From positions 36,895-100,894 of the forward strand of contig DASXQR010000060.1 in the NCBI GenBank assembly GCA_036507075.1: a stretch of DNA of 64,000 bases. The letters run 5' to 3'. Under the pieces are notes generated by a model. That model did not search any database and was not told the DNA's origin. It worked only from the letters and a program-made list of their open reading frames with translations. The DNA comes from Acidobacteriota bacterium (GTDB lineage: Bacteria; Acidobacteriota; UBA6911; JACQSX01). A program made the translations under genes and the position numbers. Positions 61,393-64,000 of this stretch are shown piece after piece (position 1 is the stretch's first letter; the number at the start of each line of letters is the position of its first letter).

Positions 61393-62019
61393 ATGAAAAA
61401 CCAGAGATTATTTCCCGCGAGTTTGAACCTTGCCGGGAAGAGCTGCCTGGTGATCGGAGGCGGCAAAATCGCGGAAAAACGTGTTAAGAGCCTGCTCAGT
61501 TGCGGAGCCTCGGTTCGGATTGTGAGCCCGCAGGTGAGCCGACTGCTGCGGCGTCTGGCCGAACGGGAAGCGGTCGAGTGGACGCGGGACACCTTCAAGG
61601 AAGGCTACCTGGCCGGCATGCAGGTAGTTTTTGGAGCCACTGACGATCGCAGCGCCAACCAGGCCGTTTACCGAAGCGCCAAGCAGCGGCATTGTCTTGT
61701 CAATCTCGCCGACGATCCGCTCCATTGTGATTTTCACGTGCCGTCGGTTGTGAGGCGGGGCAACCTGGCACTGGCGATTTCTACAGACGGAAAAGCGCCT
61801 GCATTTTCAGCGTGGCTGGCGAAGGCGCTTGATCGTTTTCTCAATCGCAGGTTGGGAATGACAGTAGCCCGCTATTCGCGCCTCAGATCCGGAATGAAGG
61901 CTCAATACCCCTCGATGCGGGCGCGCGTGAAAGCGTGGCAGGAAGTAATTGAAAAAGATCCGCCGCCGATTTTCGAAGACTTAACCGCAAAGGCCGCAAA
62001 AAACGCCAAGAGTTTTTGA
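61393..62019 (+). CDS. Precorrin-2 dehydrogenase / sirohydrochlorin ferrochelatase (CysG N-terminal/SirC type)
   Basis: LVIGGGKIA, ATDD, VNLADDP..CDF.VP, AISTDGKAP. Confidence 0.9.
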   Translation: MKNQRLFPASLNLAGKSCLVIGGGKIAEKRVKSLLSCGASVRIVSPQVSRLLRRLAEREAVEWTRDTFKEGYLAGMQVVFGATDDRSANQAVYRSAKQRHCLVNLADDPLHCDFHVPSVVRRGNLALAISTDGKAPAFSAWLAKALDRFLNRRLGMTVARYSRLRSGMKAQYPSMRARVKAWQEVIEKDPPPIFEDLTAKAAKNAKSF

Positions 62020-62020
62020 A

Positions 62021-62788
62021 ATGAGCACACAAAAACAAGCGAAAGTTTATCTTGTGGGCGCGGGACCAGGCGATCCCGACCTGATTACGATGCGGGGCTT
62101 GCGCTGTTTGCGGCAGGCCGATGTTGTGCTCTACGACCGTTTAGTGCACCCCGATTTGCTCGAATATGCGCCCCGGAGCGCCCGATTGGTCTACGTCGGG
62201 AAGGAGAAAGGCCATTCGGAAAGCCAGGAGTGGATCCAGCGGCTCGCGATCGCCGAGGCGAGAAAGGGACGCGTAGTCGTGCGCTTGAAAGGGGGCGATC
62301 CCTTTGTTTTTGGTCGCGGCGGTGAGGAAGCCGAAGCTCTCGCTCGCGCCGGGATCAGCTTTGAGGTGGTGCCGGGAATAACCAGCGCCATCGCGGTTCC
62401 CGCCCTGGCTGGAATTCCTGTCCTGCATCGGAATTACTCCAGCTCACTGACCGTCGTTTCCGGCCATCAATGCACGCCTCAGACAGCTCGACAGTGGGCG
62501 ACCTGCCTGCGACGGTCCGGAACTCTGGTAATTCTGATGGGACTGGATGGTTTTCCTCGCATCCGGTCCGCCTTGACGGAGGCAGGCGTGGAGGGAGAAA
62601 TGCCGCTGGCCTTCATTTCGCGGGGCGCCACTAAGGATGAAAAGGTGGTTGTCTCAACGCTGGCGACAGCACAAAGTACATCGCAAGACCTGGAAGCTCC
62701 CACGCTGATAGTAATCGGCCCGGTGGTCCGTCTTCGCGAAAAGCTGGTCTCCGCTGAGCCTGTCTTTGACGCTGGGGTTGGGTCGTGA
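62021..62788 (+). CDS. cobA: Uroporphyrinogen-III C-methyltransferase
   Basis: LVGAGPGDPDLIT, YDRLV, RLKGGDPFVFGRGGEE, VPGITS. Confidence 0.95.
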   Translation: MSTQKQAKVYLVGAGPGDPDLITMRGLRCLRQADVVLYDRLVHPDLLEYAPRSARLVYVGKEKGHSESQEWIQRLAIAEARKGRVVVRLKGGDPFVFGRGGEEAEALARAGISFEVVPGITSAIAVPALAGIPVLHRNYSSSLTVVSGHQCTPQTARQWATCLRRSGTLVILMGLDGFPRIRSALTEAGVEGEMPLAFISRGATKDEKVVVSTLATAQSTSQDLEAPTLIVIGPVVRLREKLVSAEPVFDAGVGS

Positions 62789-62849
62789 AGCCGCTGTCCT
62801 CTGTGCAGCAAGTTGCAGGTTCTTATGCGAATGAATAAAGCAATGGAAA

Positions 62850-63015
62850 GCGGCTTTGCCGCCAGCTCTTGCGGAAAGGCTTCGCCTTTCCGTCGAGGAT
62901 CCTCCACAAAAAATCCGAGGCTGCGCCTCGGAACTTGCGAGGCATAGCCTCGCACCGAAGGGAATAGCCCAACGGAAAGGCAAAGCCTTTCCGCAAGAGC
63001 TGGCGGCAGAGCCGC
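62850..63015. repeat. REPIN/MITE-like element with ~43-bp terminal IRs and internal triloop hairpins
   Basis: GCGGCTTTGCCGCCAGCTCTTGCGGAAAGGCTTCGCCTTTCCG...CGGAAAGGCAAAGCCTTTCCGCAAGAGCTGGCGGCAGAGCCGC. Confidence 0.85.
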
Positions 63016-63042
63016 GTGGGCTGTGGATACAAAGGAAAGAAA

Positions 63043-63705
63043 ATGATGGATTGGCGCGAAAAGGAAAAAGAACTGCTGGCGACTTTGGAGGGCGCTCTAG
63101 GAGAATTCCATCCCCGGATTGCCCTCGCCTGCAGCTTCGGGGCTGAAGATATGGTACTAGTGCGCGCGCTGGCACAGACCCAGCCCGGAGCTCGTCTGTT
63201 CTACCTGGACACAGAGGTTCTGTTCACCGAAACCTACGAGTTGATCGACAAGGTGCGGAGCATTTATCCGGTCCAGGTGGAGCGCGTGGCCACCAATCTT
63301 TCCCTGGAGCAGCAAGAACAGCTCTATGGTCCCGCGCTGTGGTCTCGCCGGCCGGATCAATGCTGCCAGATTCGAAAGGTGGCACCTCTGAAGCGCTTCC
63401 TGGCAACGCAGCAGGCATGGATCACCGGGATCCGAAGAGAGCAAAGCCCCGCGCGAGCAGGCGCAGAGCTGCGTGAATGGGACGCGAGATTCGGCTTGGT
63501 GAAATTCAACCCGCTCGCATTCTGGACGGAAAGGGACGTCTGGAATTACATCCACCACCACAAAGTTCCTTACAACCCGCTTCACGACCACAATTATCCA
63601 AGTATTGGATGCATTCCCTGCACCGCGCCGGTGCTTCCCGGGCAGGATCCGCGCTCGGGACGTTGGCCCGGAATGAACAAAACCGAATGCGGGCTGCATA
63701 AGTAA
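63043..63705 (+). CDS. cysH: APS/PAPS reductase; CC and CxxC motifs indicate the 4Fe-4S APS-reductase type
   Basis: SFGAED, LDT, CCQIRK, TGIRREQ, YPSIGCIPCT, RSGRW, ECGLH. Confidence 0.95.
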   Translation: MMDWREKEKELLATLEGALGEFHPRIALACSFGAEDMVLVRALAQTQPGARLFYLDTEVLFTETYELIDKVRSIYPVQVERVATNLSLEQQEQLYGPALWSRRPDQCCQIRKVAPLKRFLATQQAWITGIRREQSPARAGAELREWDARFGLVKFNPLAFWTERDVWNYIHHHKVPYNPLHDHNYPSIGCIPCTAPVLPGQDPRSGRWPGMNKTECGLHK

Positions 63706-63713
63706 TCAGGGAT

Positions 63714-64000
63714 CACCACAAAGAGGCAGCCCTGCAAAGCCGCAACCAAGAACAGGATGTTCCCGCTTGGCAGCTTGATCGTCATATGCTGATGTGGAAA
63801 GTCACATTCCTTCACCGCAGAGGCGCAGAGAACGCAGAGGTTGCGCAGAGACATGCAACCGAAACTCTGCGCATTCTCTGCGTCCTCTGCGCCTCTGCGG
63901 TGAAGGAATGTAAGTGCCAGACAAAACTTTGTAAAAAAGCGAGAAGTTGCCAACCTGTTACACAAGGCGCCACTTTTTGTGCTCTTTGTGCCTTTGTGGT
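63714..64000 (+). mobile_element. 9-mer host repeat with TIR-less GCCGCAACC-type insert (63728-63961) carrying an internal 9-mer IR
   Basis: CACCACAAAGAGGC|AGCCCTGCAAAGCCGCAACCAA...AAGTTGCCAACCTGTTAC|ACAAGG. Confidence 0.75.

Overview
A ~57-58% GC (estimated by eye) core-chromosome window, most likely from an Acidobacteriota genome (acidobacterial VWA protein, split atp operon, tricorn protease, Tat-exported GHL6-like glycosidase). Housekeeping content: partial ilvB, atpF'FHAGDC, glgC, queG, tpx, an ECF sigma/anti-sigma/Spy module, larE, ggt, metH, tRNA-Gln(CTG), tRNA-Leu(GAG), pgk-tpiA-secG, lpxL-glcEF, a MurNAc-recycling cluster and sirC-cobA-cysH. I found no integrase, transposase, prophage or CRISPR array. 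Main points of interest: (1) a three-gene cytoplasmic signalling module with a kinase-less tandem-PAS protein (39 identical residues despite 27/39 synonymous codon changes) and a kinase with four heptad-spaced His repeats; (2) most longer intergenic gaps are filled by inverted arrays of 6-9-mers, including nested TIR-less elements that insert into one repeat family, with empty and filled sites both visible and a probable four-helix-bundle gene relic as cargo; (3) a pseudo-ferritin/pseudo-DHp fusion behind tpx; (4) glcEF directly upstream of murQ, suggesting D-lactate coupling; (5) many apparently leaderless genes. All product calls come from motif recognition, not database searches.
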